Of a DNA stretch of 64,000 nucleotides, positions 9,161 to 19,303 are shown one piece after another; the first letter of the stretch is position 1, and each line of letters opens with the position of its first letter. Both the position numbers and the translations under genes were made by a program. The notes below the pieces were generated by a model. It was given only the letters and a program-made list of their open reading frames with translations. It was not told where the DNA came from and did no database searches. The stretch comes from Bacteroidaceae bacterium (lineage in GTDB: Bacteria > Pseudomonadota > Alphaproteobacteria > RF32 > CAG-239): NCBI GenBank assembly GCA_963641885.1, contig CAVIDY010000008.1, forward strand, positions 1,398-65,397, read 5' to 3'.

Positions 9161-10233
9161 TGGAAGAGCTTTTTGCTAAATACGGAATTAAAGACGAGGT
9201 TGTAGCCGTTGGAGTTTCCGGCGGGGCAGATTCTTTGGCTTTAGTTTTGCAGGCGGCGGAAGAATTAGCCGTATTCGGGCGAAAGGTTGTGGCGCTGACT
9301 GTTGACCATGGCTTGCGTCCGACTTCGCGTCTGGAAGCGGAATATGTCGCTGGTTTAGTGCAAAAGTATGGTATTGAACATCATATTTTGAGCTGGCGGG
9401 GCGAAAAACCACAAACCGGCGTGGAAGAAGCGGCGAGACAAGCAAGGTATGCGCTGATAGCAGAGTGGTGTTTGCAAAACGGAGTGCGGGTTTTGTTGAC
9501 GGCGCATCATGCCAAAGACCAAGCCGAAACATTTTTAATGCGTCTGCAGCGCGGCAGCGGTTTGGAAGGGCTTTGCGGAATCCGTGAATACAGCGTGCGC
9601 GGCGGACTGGTTATTTTACGCCCGCTGCTGAATACAGCCCCTGAAGAGCTGCGCAATTATTTGAAGGCGCGCAAAATTGAATGGGTTGAAGATGAATCTA
9701 ATGCCGATACCAAATTTCTGCGCGGAAGAATCAGAAAATTTTTACCGGAACTGGCGGTGCAAACCGGAATTGATATGGCAAAAATCGGCACGGCTGTAAA
9801 TAATTTGCAAAGCGCCGAAGATTATATTGAACAGCAGCTTAATTTGTTGCTGGCTAATGAAGTTTTATGGGATTTCGACACAGTTTGCCGCTTTGAATAT
9901 ACCAAATATTTAAGCTGGCATAAAGAAATGAAATTCCGAGTGCTGGCGCGTTTGTGCCGCCATGATTATATTCCGCGCGCTGAAAGCGTTTTGGCTTTGG
10001 CAAACGCTTTAAATACGCTGCCTTTTACGGGGGCAACTTTAGGCGGAAAAGAATTTATTTTGGCGTATGGGTTTGTGTGGGTAGTACCTGAACAAAATTC
10101 TAAAAGGGTGAAAACCCGCAAGCAATGGGTAGAATTTGTAAAGCAGCATTCGCTGTATAAAAATGTGAAAATGCCGTATAAAGCTAAGCTGGCTATTTTA
10201 AATAAAGTTGGAGCAAAAGAAAATGGTCTATGA
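9151..10233 (+). CDS. tilS: tRNA(Ile)-lysidine synthase TilS
   Basis: PP-loop VGVSGGADSLAL, and LTAHHAKDQAETFLMRLQRGSG. Start is ambiguous (GTG at 9151 or 9161). Confidence 0.85.
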   Translation: MQIVEELFAKYGIKDEVVAVGVSGGADSLALVLQAAEELAVFGRKVVALTVDHGLRPTSRLEAEYVAGLVQKYGIEHHILSWRGEKPQTGVEEAARQARYALIAEWCLQNGVRVLLTAHHAKDQAETFLMRLQRGSGLEGLCGIREYSVRGGLVILRPLLNTAPEELRNYLKARKIEWVEDESNADTKFLRGRIRKFLPELAVQTGIDMAKIGTAVNNLQSAEDYIEQQLNLLLANEVLWDFDTVCRFEYTKYLSWHKEMKFRVLARLCRHDYIPRAESVLALANALNTLPFTGATLGGKEFILAYGFVWVVPEQNSKRVKTRKQWVEFVKQHSLYKNVKMPYKAKLAILNKVGAKENGL

Positions 10234-11206
10234 TAACTTGTTGGAAATCTCAGATAATTTTGAAGTGTTTTTATTTGATGCTTACGGAGTTTTTTGGGGC
10301 GGAAACGGATTTTTTCCAAACAGTAAAGAGACTATGCAAAAATTGATGGCGGCAGGCAAAACGGTGGCGGTGCTTTCTAATAATGCAACGCTGATGCATG
10401 AGGATATGATTGCTTCTTATCAACGCAAGGATTTGCTAGAAAATCGAGACTATACGCTAATGGTTAGTTCCGGCGAAGTGCTGCATGGTGATTTGAAAGC
10501 CGAAAAACTTAGTTTTGCCAGCTGTTTGCAGCCACGTAAAGTCTATACTATCGGCGCGAAAAATGAAAAAATGTTTGCCGGAACGGTTTATCAGCCAGTT
10601 GAAAATCTGGAAGAAGCCGATTTTGCATATTGCGGAGTACCTTTTTTAAGTGCTGAAGAGGCTGCAGAATATCCGCAGTGCGCAGAGGATTTTTTGCCAG
10701 TTAAGGCTGATGAAAACGGTAAGATAATTTTATGGGACAGCGTGATTGAAAAACCTTTTGAAAAAATTGTTGATCGAGTAGTTTCGCTTGGGCTGCCAGC
10801 ACTTAATGCAAACCCTGACTATTTGGCGCAGGAAGGTCATCCGCTGGCAAAAGACAAATCATCGCATTTTGTAGTGCGCAACGGAACTTTGGCAAAAATG
10901 CTGCGTCAGCGCGGTGCAGAAGTTTTAGAATACGGCAAACCGCATGCCAACGTATATGATTATGTGTTTGAAAAGCTGAAAGAACTTGGAAAAATGTGCG
11001 CAAAATCAAAAATCTGTATGATTGGCGATACGGTGCGGACAGATGTTAAAGGCTCAGTTAATTCCGGTATTGTTCCGGTTCTTTGTGTTGAAACCGGAGT
11101 GACAGCCTTGGAACTTTCTAAAGGAAATACGGTTAAAAACCTTTGCGAAAATGAAAATATTGATGTACAACAAGTGATAGAGATTAACAGCGTCGGAGGA
11201 AAATAA
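10223..11206 (+). CDS. HAD superfamily class IIA hydrolase
   Basis: LFDAYGVFWGG motif I variant, LSNN, and MIGDTVRTDV motif. ATG at 10223 with GGAG upstream. Confidence 0.7.
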   Translation: MVYDNLLEISDNFEVFLFDAYGVFWGGNGFFPNSKETMQKLMAAGKTVAVLSNNATLMHEDMIASYQRKDLLENRDYTLMVSSGEVLHGDLKAEKLSFASCLQPRKVYTIGAKNEKMFAGTVYQPVENLEEADFAYCGVPFLSAEEAAEYPQCAEDFLPVKADENGKIILWDSVIEKPFEKIVDRVVSLGLPALNANPDYLAQEGHPLAKDKSSHFVVRNGTLAKMLRQRGAEVLEYGKPHANVYDYVFEKLKELGKMCAKSKICMIGDTVRTDVKGSVNSGIVPVLCVETGVTALELSKGNTVKNLCENENIDVQQVIEINSVGGK

Positions 11207-11640
11207 TGGCGTTTGAATTAGTGTCGGGATTGGCGGCAAAAGATTATGTGACAGATTTGAAATTATGCCGCGTTTTGTTTGAAGATAACAAATATTATCC
11301 GTGGATTTTTTTGGTGCCAATGAAAGAAAACACTAAAAATATGACAAATTTAACCATGGAAGAGCGTTTTCAGCTGATGAGGGAAATTGCGTTGGCAGAA
11401 AAAGTTATGATGTCGCTGTTTCCTTGCGATCAAGACAATGTGGCGATGATCGGCAATATGACGCCGCAGCTGCATGTGCATGTGGTTTGCCGTAAAAAAG
11501 GCGATCCGGATTGGCCTGGTACGGTGTGGAACTCCGCGACTGCCAAATATGAGCTGGCGGAAAAAGAAAAAATTATTGCCAAAATCCGCCAAGCAATAAA
11601 TGAAGAAATGCAAAATCCAATTTATCAAATTTCTAAATAA
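11206..11640 (+). CDS. HIT family protein
   Basis: Histidine triad QLHVHVVCR. Confidence 0.75.
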   Translation: MAFELVSGLAAKDYVTDLKLCRVLFEDNKYYPWIFLVPMKENTKNMTNLTMEERFQLMREIALAEKVMMSLFPCDQDNVAMIGNMTPQLHVHVVCRKKGDPDWPGTVWNSATAKYELAEKEKIIAKIRQAINEEMQNPIYQISK

Positions 11641-11653
11641 AAGGACATAAAAA

Positions 11654-12427
11654 ATGAGTAGAGTAATTACTTTAATGCCGGTTAGACTGGCAGCAACTAG
11701 ATTGCCTAACAAACCTTTGCGCGTGATTAACGGCAAAACTATGGTGCAGCGTGTTTATGAAAATGTAAAAAAGGCATTGCATACGGATATTGCCATTGCC
11801 GCGGGCGATCAAGCTATTGTGGATGAATGCAAAAAGTTTGGCGCTACTGCGATTTTGACTGATCCCAACTTGCCAAGTGGTACGGATAGAATCGCCGCTG
11901 CTTTAAAAGAACTTGACCCTAATGGTTCAAAATATGATATTGTGGTTGACTTTCAGGGCGATAATATCAATGTTGACCCTAAAGTTACATTGCCTTTGAT
12001 AGAAATGGTTGAACGCACCGGCTGTGATATTGCCACTTGCGGTATGCTGATTAAGTCTGAAGAAGACAAGAACAATCCGAATGTGGTGAAAATTATTATG
12101 GGATTGAAAGAAGGCGAAAAAGAAGCCCGTTGTCTGTATTTTACCCGTGCGACAGCTCCGTATACCCGCAATCCGGAAAAATGCCCGAATCAAGATTTAT
12201 ATTATCACATCGGTATTTATGTATTTAAAGCAGCTTCTTTGCATAAAATGGTTTCACTTCCAACTGGCGTGCTGGAAAAGCGCGAGGCTCTTGAACAATT
12301 GCGCGCATTGGAAAACGGTATGGAAGTACGCGCTATGCTGGTGGACAATATTAAGCTTGTTCCGGAAGCTCCGGCGGATATAAATACTGAGGAAGATCTT
12401 GCCAACGCCCTCCCATACATTAAGTAA
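11654..12427 (+). CDS. kdsB: 3-deoxy-manno-octulosonate cytidylyltransferase (CMP-KDO synthetase)
   Basis: MPVRLAATRLPNKPL, SGTDRIA, FQGDNINV and HIGIYVF motifs. Confidence 0.85.
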   Translation: MSRVITLMPVRLAATRLPNKPLRVINGKTMVQRVYENVKKALHTDIAIAAGDQAIVDECKKFGATAILTDPNLPSGTDRIAAALKELDPNGSKYDIVVDFQGDNINVDPKVTLPLIEMVERTGCDIATCGMLIKSEEDKNNPNVVKIIMGLKEGEKEARCLYFTRATAPYTRNPEKCPNQDLYYHIGIYVFKAASLHKMVSLPTGVLEKREALEQLRALENGMEVRAMLVDNIKLVPEAPADINTEEDLANALPYIK

Positions 12428-12706
12428 AAATCACATCTAGCAGCGCATCTAGCGCCAAAACTGCGAAAGAGAGAAAATTCACGTACCTCTATGTACGCTA
12501 AAATTTTCTCTCTTCTTGTTTTAACGCTATCTGTACTACTATCTGCAATTTTTGAGGACTATAATTTGTACACGTCGCTTAAAAATTCCGTCGCATCTAC
12601 GCACGCTATCCAAGTTTCCGAGTATATAGGGTATTGTCATTCTTTGCTTTGAGCGTCAGCTCATTCGCAGAGAATCCAGTATGGCATATCCGCTTAAAGA
12701 ACAAGT

Positions 12707-12745
12707 AAAAGCCTGATTGAATTAGCAATCAGGCTTTGGTTTTTG
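12707..12745. terminator. bidirectional hairpin terminator
   Basis: GCCTGATTG-AATTAG-CAATCAGGC stem flanked by an A-run on one side and a T-run on the other. Lies between convergent units. Confidence 0.65.
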
Positions 12746-12762
12746 TATTATTTACTGCTTAT

Positions 12763-13494
12763 TTATTTTGCAGGTTCGGTTTCAGTTTGAGATTGATTTT
12801 TCAGCAATATATTTGCGGCAAAGTTAACAACTAAAGCCCAAACAAATCCTATTATGAAGGTGCTGCCAAAAGCAACAAACACATACAAAATACTAAAAAT
12901 CACATAGCTGTAAGTTGTCAGACGTAAAGTTTGACGATACGGAGCTTTATAGATTGCCGACATAATCCAATGCAGAACAAGTGAATACAATCCCATAATA
13001 ACTAATCCGCTCAAGACAAACCAAAGCATAAGGCAGCTGAAAATAACCGGTCTGATATAGTTTTTTATAGAATCGGCAACAACGTTTACTACGTCATTGT
13101 CAATGACCATATTAGGAGTGTTGTGCAAGCTGTTAATACGAACTTCGTTTTTGTTGCCGTTTACGGTATAAATTGCCGCACGGCTGATATAAATACCGCT
13201 GTCTTGCAAAAGTGATGTTTCAAATTCTTCGGTGCGAGTATCCAAAACTACCTTAAATTTGTAATCATCATCGCCGTAGTCGCGTTCAATCACGGTGTTT
13301 TCAGGTTTGCTAATCATTCCGTCTTCAATAGTAATCGGCAAAAAATCGGAGATATTGCTTTTTAAGGTCGGCATATAGAGTGACACGGCGTCATTTACTG
13401 AATTTGTCAGATATAATGAATACAGCAGGCAAAACAAAATAAAAGTCAAGGCGCCTAGCCATTTTTTAGTTAGTAAAAATTTTAAATCTTTCAT
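12763..13494 (-). CDS. hypothetical polytopic membrane protein
   Basis: 243 aa: N-terminal TM helix, soluble middle region, then 3-4 C-terminal TM helices. Last gene after cckA-hdaA. Confidence 0.6.
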   Translation of the reverse strand: MKDLKFLLTKKWLGALTFILFCLLYSLYLTNSVNDAVSLYMPTLKSNISDFLPITIEDGMISKPENTVIERDYGDDDYKFKVVLDTRTEEFETSLLQDSGIYISRAAIYTVNGNKNEVRINSLHNTPNMVIDNDVVNVVADSIKNYIRPVIFSCLMLWFVLSGLVIMGLYSLVLHWIMSAIYKAPYRQTLRLTTYSYVIFSILYVFVAFGSTFIIGFVWALVVNFAANILLKNQSQTETEPAK

Positions 13495-13512
13495 GTTTTT
13501 CTCCTTGTAAAG

Positions 13513-14265
13513 TTAAAACAAACCGTCAAATAAATCAGGCTGACGGCTATCTGTCTGAGCCAAAAGTTCCATAGCTTTTTTGACTACATTGTAATTTACG
13601 GCGCATTGATAAGCAAGCGATATGTTATCGCATTCCTCAACAAGTTTGCCGATATATTCAAATGAGCGCGGGGCGTTGGCTACAATGAAATTCAATATTT
13701 CGGGGCTGATTAAAATCTGGCGGTCGTTGAAAAGTTTTACAATCAGCGTTTGCAGCATTAAATCATCGGGTTCTTTGATTTCCACGCTGGGCAGCATATT
13801 CAGCCGTGACTGCAAGTCTTTTAGGGCAAAGGACATACGGCTTGGTGCGGTTTCTGCCGTCCACAGCATATATCGTCCTTCGGTATTGAAAATATTAAAC
13901 AGATGAAACAGCGCCTCGGCATTGGCTTTTGGGGTTAGATTTTCAATAACAATGCTTTGATTTTCGGAAGCTATTTTGTTGACATTGCGTAAATTTATGC
14001 GTCCGGCATCAATTAGCGAAACTTTAATAGGCTTGTCGGAAAATATTTTTACCTTATCGGCGAAAAGGTTGGCTAAATGCGATTTACCGCAGCCTTTCGG
14101 ACCGTAAATAATCATTCCCTGCGCCAGCCATTTAGGCCAAGAATCGACCAAATTAAACGCCTCGCAATTACATGGAGCAACCATAAAATCTTCGCGCCCC
14201 ATATAGGTTCGCGGCACAAAATCAAACGGTATTTGTTTTAGTTCTTCATCTTCAACCATTGTCAT
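13513..14265 (-). CDS. hdaA: DnaA regulatory inactivator HdaA-like AAA+ protein
   Basis: Walker A YGPKGCGKSHLANLF. Size and layout match the short DnaA-related Hda family. Confidence 0.7.
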   Translation of the reverse strand: MTMVEDEELKQIPFDFVPRTYMGREDFMVAPCNCEAFNLVDSWPKWLAQGMIIYGPKGCGKSHLANLFADKVKIFSDKPIKVSLIDAGRINLRNVNKIASENQSIVIENLTPKANAEALFHLFNIFNTEGRYMLWTAETAPSRMSFALKDLQSRLNMLPSVEIKEPDDLMLQTLIVKLFNDRQILISPEILNFIVANAPRSFEYIGKLVEECDNISLAYQCAVNYNVVKKAMELLAQTDSRQPDLFDGLF

Positions 14266-16900
14266 TTTTTGCCAACACTTCCTGTACTTTTTTATATAAA
14301 TCTCCCAAACTGTACGGCTTGCTCATAAAATAAAAGTCTGAGGAGCCAGCAAGTTCTTTGCGGGCAATTTCTTCAGAATATCCCGATGCCAAAATAATTT
14401 TGGTCAGCGGATTGTCTTTATGCATAATTTTTGCTAAATCAGCACCGCTTAGCCCCGGCATCATCATATCCGTAATCATCATATCAAATTTTTCGCCTTT
14501 TTCAATATGTTCAAGTGCGTTTTCGGCGGAAATGCAATCAATAACATCAAAGCCTTTTTGTTTCAAGCCGCGGACACCGACAGTCCGTACCGCGTCTTCA
14601 TCTTCCACAAACAGAATCTTTATGCTTTCGGTTTCATTTTTCAGGCGGCGCTGGCTGTCAAAGGCAGAAACATTTAGTCCCAAAATCATTTTTTGAGTTT
14701 GTCCCATATTCACCATTGGGGCAGCAACGGTTTCAAGCGCGGTGTTACCGGCTTTATCGCGGATAATTTCTTCTTGAGCCGTTTCGGCGGAAACTTCTCC
14801 CTGATCATTTTCGTATGCCGGCAGATAAATTTCAAAAGTAGTGCCTTTGCCGACTTCACTGTGTACCTTGATAAATCCTTCAGTTTGGCGTACAATACCA
14901 TAAACCATAGCCAATCCCAAGCCTGTGCCGGAGCCGACTACGTTCTTTTTGGTTGAAAAAAACGGCTCGAAAATGCGGTTGATATTTTCAGGCGGAATGC
15001 CGCAGCCGGTATCGGTAACGCTGACAACAACAAAATCTCCCGGTTTGATGATGTCAGTGCCAAAATGATACGGCTCGCTTAAACGTTCGCCGCGGGTGGC
15101 AATGGTCAATGTTCCTTTGCCGTTCATAGCGTCTTTGGCGTTGATTACCAAATTTATCATAACTTGTGAAAATTGCACAGGATCTACGCGGATATAGCCT
15201 AAATCTGAGCCATAATTTATTTGGAAATGAATTTGTTCGCCGATAAGCCGTGAAAGCAGATGATCTATTTCCGTGAATGCTTCGGTCACATCTATCAGTT
15301 TCGGATTCAGAGGCTGCTTGCGGGAAATTGCCAAAAGCTGCCGTGCCACGCCTGCCGCGCGATTAGCATTTTGTTTGAGTTGCACCAAATCAGAAAATGA
15401 CGGATCGCCGACACCATGGCGCTGAATCAGTAAATCGCAATAGCCGATAACTGCCGTCAGCAGGTTGTTAAAGTCGTGCGCCACACCGCCAGCAAGCTGT
15501 CCGAAAGCCTGCATTTTTTGAGCTTGGGCCACTTGCATTTCCAGGTTTCTTTTGTTTGTGATATCGGTGATATAGATGAGCATACCGTTGATTTCACCTG
15601 ATAAATCGGTATAATGCATGGTCATCGGGCTGATGTGTATTTGAACATTTTTTTCTTCATCATTAAAGTTCAAAACCGTTTCAAAGTTATATTCTTCGGA
15701 ATTGTTTTTAGCATATTCGCGCAGAGCGTCTTTTATTTTTTGCTTCACTTCATCATTAAAGTATTCACCGATTTTTTGATGCTCTATTTCTTGCGGAGAT
15801 TTTTCAAAGATTTCGGCAAAGTGGCGGTTTGTTTCTAAAATTCTTTGATGTTTATCAACCAAAGCAATGCCGATTGGCGCAGTATTGAACAGCCATTCAA
15901 ATTTATCTGTAACCTCATTCAGTTTTTGCTTTAAGGCTGTATCGTTCGGTAAATTCCAAATGACGACGCCGCGGGTTTTTATTTCATTGTTTTCCCGAAC
16001 ATTCTGCTGTTTTACAAAGGCTTCAATATTGCCTTGTTCGGTTTTGAAAATTATATTGCCGTTAAACGCGCCGGAAGCGTCATGCAGCTGTTCGGCTTTA
16101 TAGGCGACAAAATCATCAATTTTTTTGCCGATGGCATCATTTTTATCCGCTGCCAAATAGTCGGCAAGCGTGTTGTTGATATATTCCAAATTTCCATCGC
16201 TGTTGCAGGTGTATAAACCAACCGGCAGAAAGTCGACAAAGTTATGCAGAGACGACATTTCATTTTGGTAAACTTGTTCCATATTTTTGTAGGAAGTGAT
16301 ATTTTCCACCGTCCAAAAAATATAGGTTTCTTTGCGTATTTTTTTTAGTGAAAATTCATCTTCAAAAATATCGGCTTTGTTCAAATAGATTGGTTTAATG
16401 CGGACTCTCAGCCATTCTTCGGCAACAAACACGCTGTTTTGGTGCGGATTTATGGATAGTGTGACGGTGGTTTCCTGTAATTTATTTACGGCTGATGACA
16501 GTTTCTGCAAATCTAGTTTATTGGCGGCGGAATCAATTATGTTGTGTTCTAAAAAGTCTAAAACCGATTCATTCTTGAAATATTCCAAAGCAGCGCGGTT
16601 GGCTAAAATCGGCAAGCCGGTAGAGTTATCAATACGGTGATATTTGCTGTTATCGTTTAAAATTTCAGCGGCTAAAGTACCAAAGCCAATGGCGTTTTCA
16701 CTGACTTTTAGAATACGAATAGTGATTAAAATACAAATAACATTCCAAATCACAATCGATATAATGATATATAATGTGTATTGCGGATATAAAAACAGGG
16801 CGAACAAGCTCAAAGACATAAACATAATCGAATAAGCTAAAAAGACCAAGTTTCTTTCCAGCTGTCGGTCAGGTCTCCGTTTGTTTATATCTTTGAGCAT
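14252..16900 (-). CDS. hybrid sensor histidine kinase / response regulator, CckA-like
   Basis: Two N-terminal TM helices and PAS-like repeats. H-box GGVAHDFNNLLTAV, HATPase (DTGCGI, GTGLGLAMV), and a C-terminal receiver (ILFVEDE...MITDMMMPG). Confidence 0.7.
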   Translation of the reverse strand: MLKDINKRRPDRQLERNLVFLAYSIMFMSLSLFALFLYPQYTLYIIISIVIWNVICILITIRILKVSENAIGFGTLAAEILNDNSKYHRIDNSTGLPILANRAALEYFKNESVLDFLEHNIIDSAANKLDLQKLSSAVNKLQETTVTLSINPHQNSVFVAEEWLRVRIKPIYLNKADIFEDEFSLKKIRKETYIFWTVENITSYKNMEQVYQNEMSSLHNFVDFLPVGLYTCNSDGNLEYINNTLADYLAADKNDAIGKKIDDFVAYKAEQLHDASGAFNGNIIFKTEQGNIEAFVKQQNVRENNEIKTRGVVIWNLPNDTALKQKLNEVTDKFEWLFNTAPIGIALVDKHQRILETNRHFAEIFEKSPQEIEHQKIGEYFNDEVKQKIKDALREYAKNNSEEYNFETVLNFNDEEKNVQIHISPMTMHYTDLSGEINGMLIYITDITNKRNLEMQVAQAQKMQAFGQLAGGVAHDFNNLLTAVIGYCDLLIQRHGVGDPSFSDLVQLKQNANRAAGVARQLLAISRKQPLNPKLIDVTEAFTEIDHLLSRLIGEQIHFQINYGSDLGYIRVDPVQFSQVMINLVINAKDAMNGKGTLTIATRGERLSEPYHFGTDIIKPGDFVVVSVTDTGCGIPPENINRIFEPFFSTKKNVVGSGTGLGLAMVYGIVRQTEGFIKVHSEVGKGTTFEIYLPAYENDQGEVSAETAQEEIIRDKAGNTALETVAAPMVNMGQTQKMILGLNVSAFDSQRRLKNETESIKILFVEDEDAVRTVGVRGLKQKGFDVIDCISAENALEHIEKGEKFDMMITDMMMPGLSGADLAKIMHKDNPLTKIILASGYSEEIARKELAGSSDFYFMSKPYSLGDLYKKVQEVLAKNDNG

Positions 16901-16917
16901 TGCCGCACCTTATATTT

Positions 16918-18537
16918 TTATGTCAGCACGTCGGCTTTAACTTTGCCTGTGCGTTCAGTTATTTCGCCAATTTGCCGAGAGACGTCTGCCAAGCTTTCCA
17001 GCATGGCTTCAACATTCTCGTCCAAATCTTTGGTTTCGTAACGCTCTAAATAAACACGCAAAGTCGCACCGTTAGTTCCGGTTCCGGATAAACGGTAAAC
17101 AATGCGGGAGTTGTCGGTAAAGTAAACAATCAAGCCGTTTTTGGTGGAGCTGCCGTCGACAGGATCGTTATAAATAAATGGTTTGGCTTCAGACACGGTG
17201 TAAGCGCCAAAAGTTTTACCGGCTAAATTCGGCAAACGGTTTTCCAAATCTGCCATCAACTTATTGGCAACATCGGTATCCAATCCTTCGTAGTCGTTAC
17301 GCATATAATAGCTGCGTCCGTATTTTTTCCAATGTTCTTCAGTAATTTCCTGAACTGATTTCCCAGTAGCGGCAATAATGCTCAGCCAAAACAGAACCGC
17401 CCAAATTCCGTCTTTTTCGCGGATATGGCTGGAACCAGTGCCGAAGCTTTCTTCTCCGCAGAAGGTGATGCGGTTGCTGTCCATTAGGTTGCAAAAATAT
17501 TTCCAGCCAGTCGGAACTTCATAGTAGCCGATATTCAGTGCTTTTGCCACACGGCTAACGGCTGTAGAGGTAGCAGCAGATTTTGCTACGCCGTAAATGC
17601 CGTTTTTATAAGCAGGAATCAGCTTGTAGTTATCGGTTAAAATTGCCAAGCTGTCACTAGGCGTAACAAAAAATTTTTTACCCAAAATCATATTGCGGTC
17701 GCCGTCTCCGTCATTGGCTGCGCCAAAATCAGGAGCTTTGTCTGAATACATCAAATCAACCAGCTTTTTAGCATAGATTAAATTCGGGTCAGGGTGCAGA
17801 CCGCCAAAGTCTTCCAAAGGCACATAGTTCAAAACCGAGCCTTGTTTTGCGCCCAAAATCTCTTCAAAAATTTTGCGGGCATAAGGACCAGTTACGGCGT
17901 TCATGGCGTCAAACACCATGGTGAAACCATTGGCAAACAGTTTTTTGATGGCGGCAAAATCAAAAATTTGCTCCATCATATCAACATAATCTTTGACTGG
18001 GTCAATTACCTCAATTTCCATATCGCCGAGTTTTTGCGAACCTAATTTGCTTAGGTCTACATCAGGAGCGTCAAGAGTTTTGTATTCGCTGATGGTTTTG
18101 GATATTTCATAGATTTTATCGCTGATAGAAGTAGGGCATTGTCCGCCGGAAGCAATGGCGTATTTTATACCAAAGTCGCCGTTAATTCCCCCTGGGTTAT
18201 GCGAGGCTGAAAGTACGAATCCGCCATCGGCCTTGTTCATCAGCAGCACATGAGACGATGCCGGAGTTGAAATAAAGCCGTTTTGACCGACAATCATCTT
18301 TTTCATACCATTAGCCGCCGCCATTTTCATAATTTTTTGAATGGCGATTTTATTATAGTAGCGTCCGTCTCCGCCCAAAATAAAGGTCAAGCCTTTAACA
18401 CCGCCAATGGCATTAAAAACACTTTGCACAAAATTTTCTAAATAGTTTTCTTGTAAGACGATTTTTGATTTTTTGCGTAAACCTGCCGTACCCATTTTCA
18501 TATCGGAATAGGCGGTTGTTTTAACAACTTTAAGCAT
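16918..18537 (-). CDS. pgm: phosphoglucomutase (alpha-D-glucose phosphate-specific)
   Basis: SASHNPGG phosphoserine loop, GDGDRN metal loop and GEESFG sugar loop. Confidence 0.85.
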   Translation of the reverse strand: MLKVVKTTAYSDMKMGTAGLRKKSKIVLQENYLENFVQSVFNAIGGVKGLTFILGGDGRYYNKIAIQKIMKMAAANGMKKMIVGQNGFISTPASSHVLLMNKADGGFVLSASHNPGGINGDFGIKYAIASGGQCPTSISDKIYEISKTISEYKTLDAPDVDLSKLGSQKLGDMEIEVIDPVKDYVDMMEQIFDFAAIKKLFANGFTMVFDAMNAVTGPYARKIFEEILGAKQGSVLNYVPLEDFGGLHPDPNLIYAKKLVDLMYSDKAPDFGAANDGDGDRNMILGKKFFVTPSDSLAILTDNYKLIPAYKNGIYGVAKSAATSTAVSRVAKALNIGYYEVPTGWKYFCNLMDSNRITFCGEESFGTGSSHIREKDGIWAVLFWLSIIAATGKSVQEITEEHWKKYGRSYYMRNDYEGLDTDVANKLMADLENRLPNLAGKTFGAYTVSEAKPFIYNDPVDGSSTKNGLIVYFTDNSRIVYRLSGTGTNGATLRVYLERYETKDLDENVEAMLESLADVSRQIGEITERTGKVKADVLT

Positions 18538-18631
18538 ATACAGCCCCTTTCGTTAATAATTAAAACTCTTTTATATATATGTATCATTAAAAAAAAGAAC
18601 AGGTAAAGTTTTTTTATTAAGCTAGGCACAT

Positions 18632-19303
18632 TTATTTATGCTGCCAGATAAAATCGGCTAAAATTAACAGCTCGCGGCGGGCATAAACATCGGACATAGA
18701 CATTTTCAAACAGTCGGTACTGATTAAATCCGCAGCGCCGTAGCCGTCTTTTATATGGGTATAGGCTTCACGTTTGCACAAAGCCGGAGCAAGCCTGAAA
18801 CCAAAACGTCGGCTTTGTTGTTCAAGCTGTTGAGATAAGGAATCTGATTTGGTGTCTATTAAGCTTTCCGCCACAGACCAGTTCAGGTATTTTATTCCCT
18901 GCGCCGCCTGCTGCTTTTTTACATTCCATATGATGTTTAAATAAGCGTCTTGAGGCTGCCAGCTTAAATCATTTTCGCTTTTTATTAAGGTGATTAGAGT
19001 GTGCGCTTGGGCGAGAATCGGGGTAAAAACTGAATTTTGTTCCGACGGCACATCAATAATTAGCGCATTGCAATTGCTGAAGTTTCCGGCAAATAAAGCT
19101 TCTTGGCTGATGTTTTGCGGAATTTTTAAGGCTGTTTCCGATTTTTGCAATTCTGCACGTTTTTGTAAAAACTCCGTGGCAAAGTCAGAGTAGATACCCA
19201 CATTATAACCATCATGCAGCAGAGCAGAGGCAAGGTTGAATGCCAATGTGGTTTTACCTGTGCCGGATTTAGGACTGCTGATGACAATTAGAGGAATAGT
19301 CAT
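18632..19303 (-). CDS. ParA/MinD-family P-loop ATPase, MipZ-like
   Basis: Deviant Walker A SPKSGTGKTT. The C-terminal RFGFRLAPALCKREAY...AADL...ARRELL resembles the MipZ C-terminus as I recall it. Confidence 0.5.
   Translation of the reverse strand: MTIPLIVISSPKSGTGKTTLAFNLASALLHDGYNVGIYSDFATEFLQKRAELQKSETALKIPQNISQEALFAGNFSNCNALIIDVPSEQNSVFTPILAQAHTLITLIKSENDLSWQPQDAYLNIIWNVKKQQAAQGIKYLNWSVAESLIDTKSDSLSQQLEQQSRRFGFRLAPALCKREAYTHIKDGYGAADLISTDCLKMSMSDVYARRELLILADFIWQHK

Noticed and set aside
12428-12706. Assigning the non-coding stretch to a known RNA family (tmRNA, SRP RNA, 6S or RNase P).
   Set aside because: I could not recognise any of the conserved motifs of those families by eye. It is kept only as an unexplained structured region.
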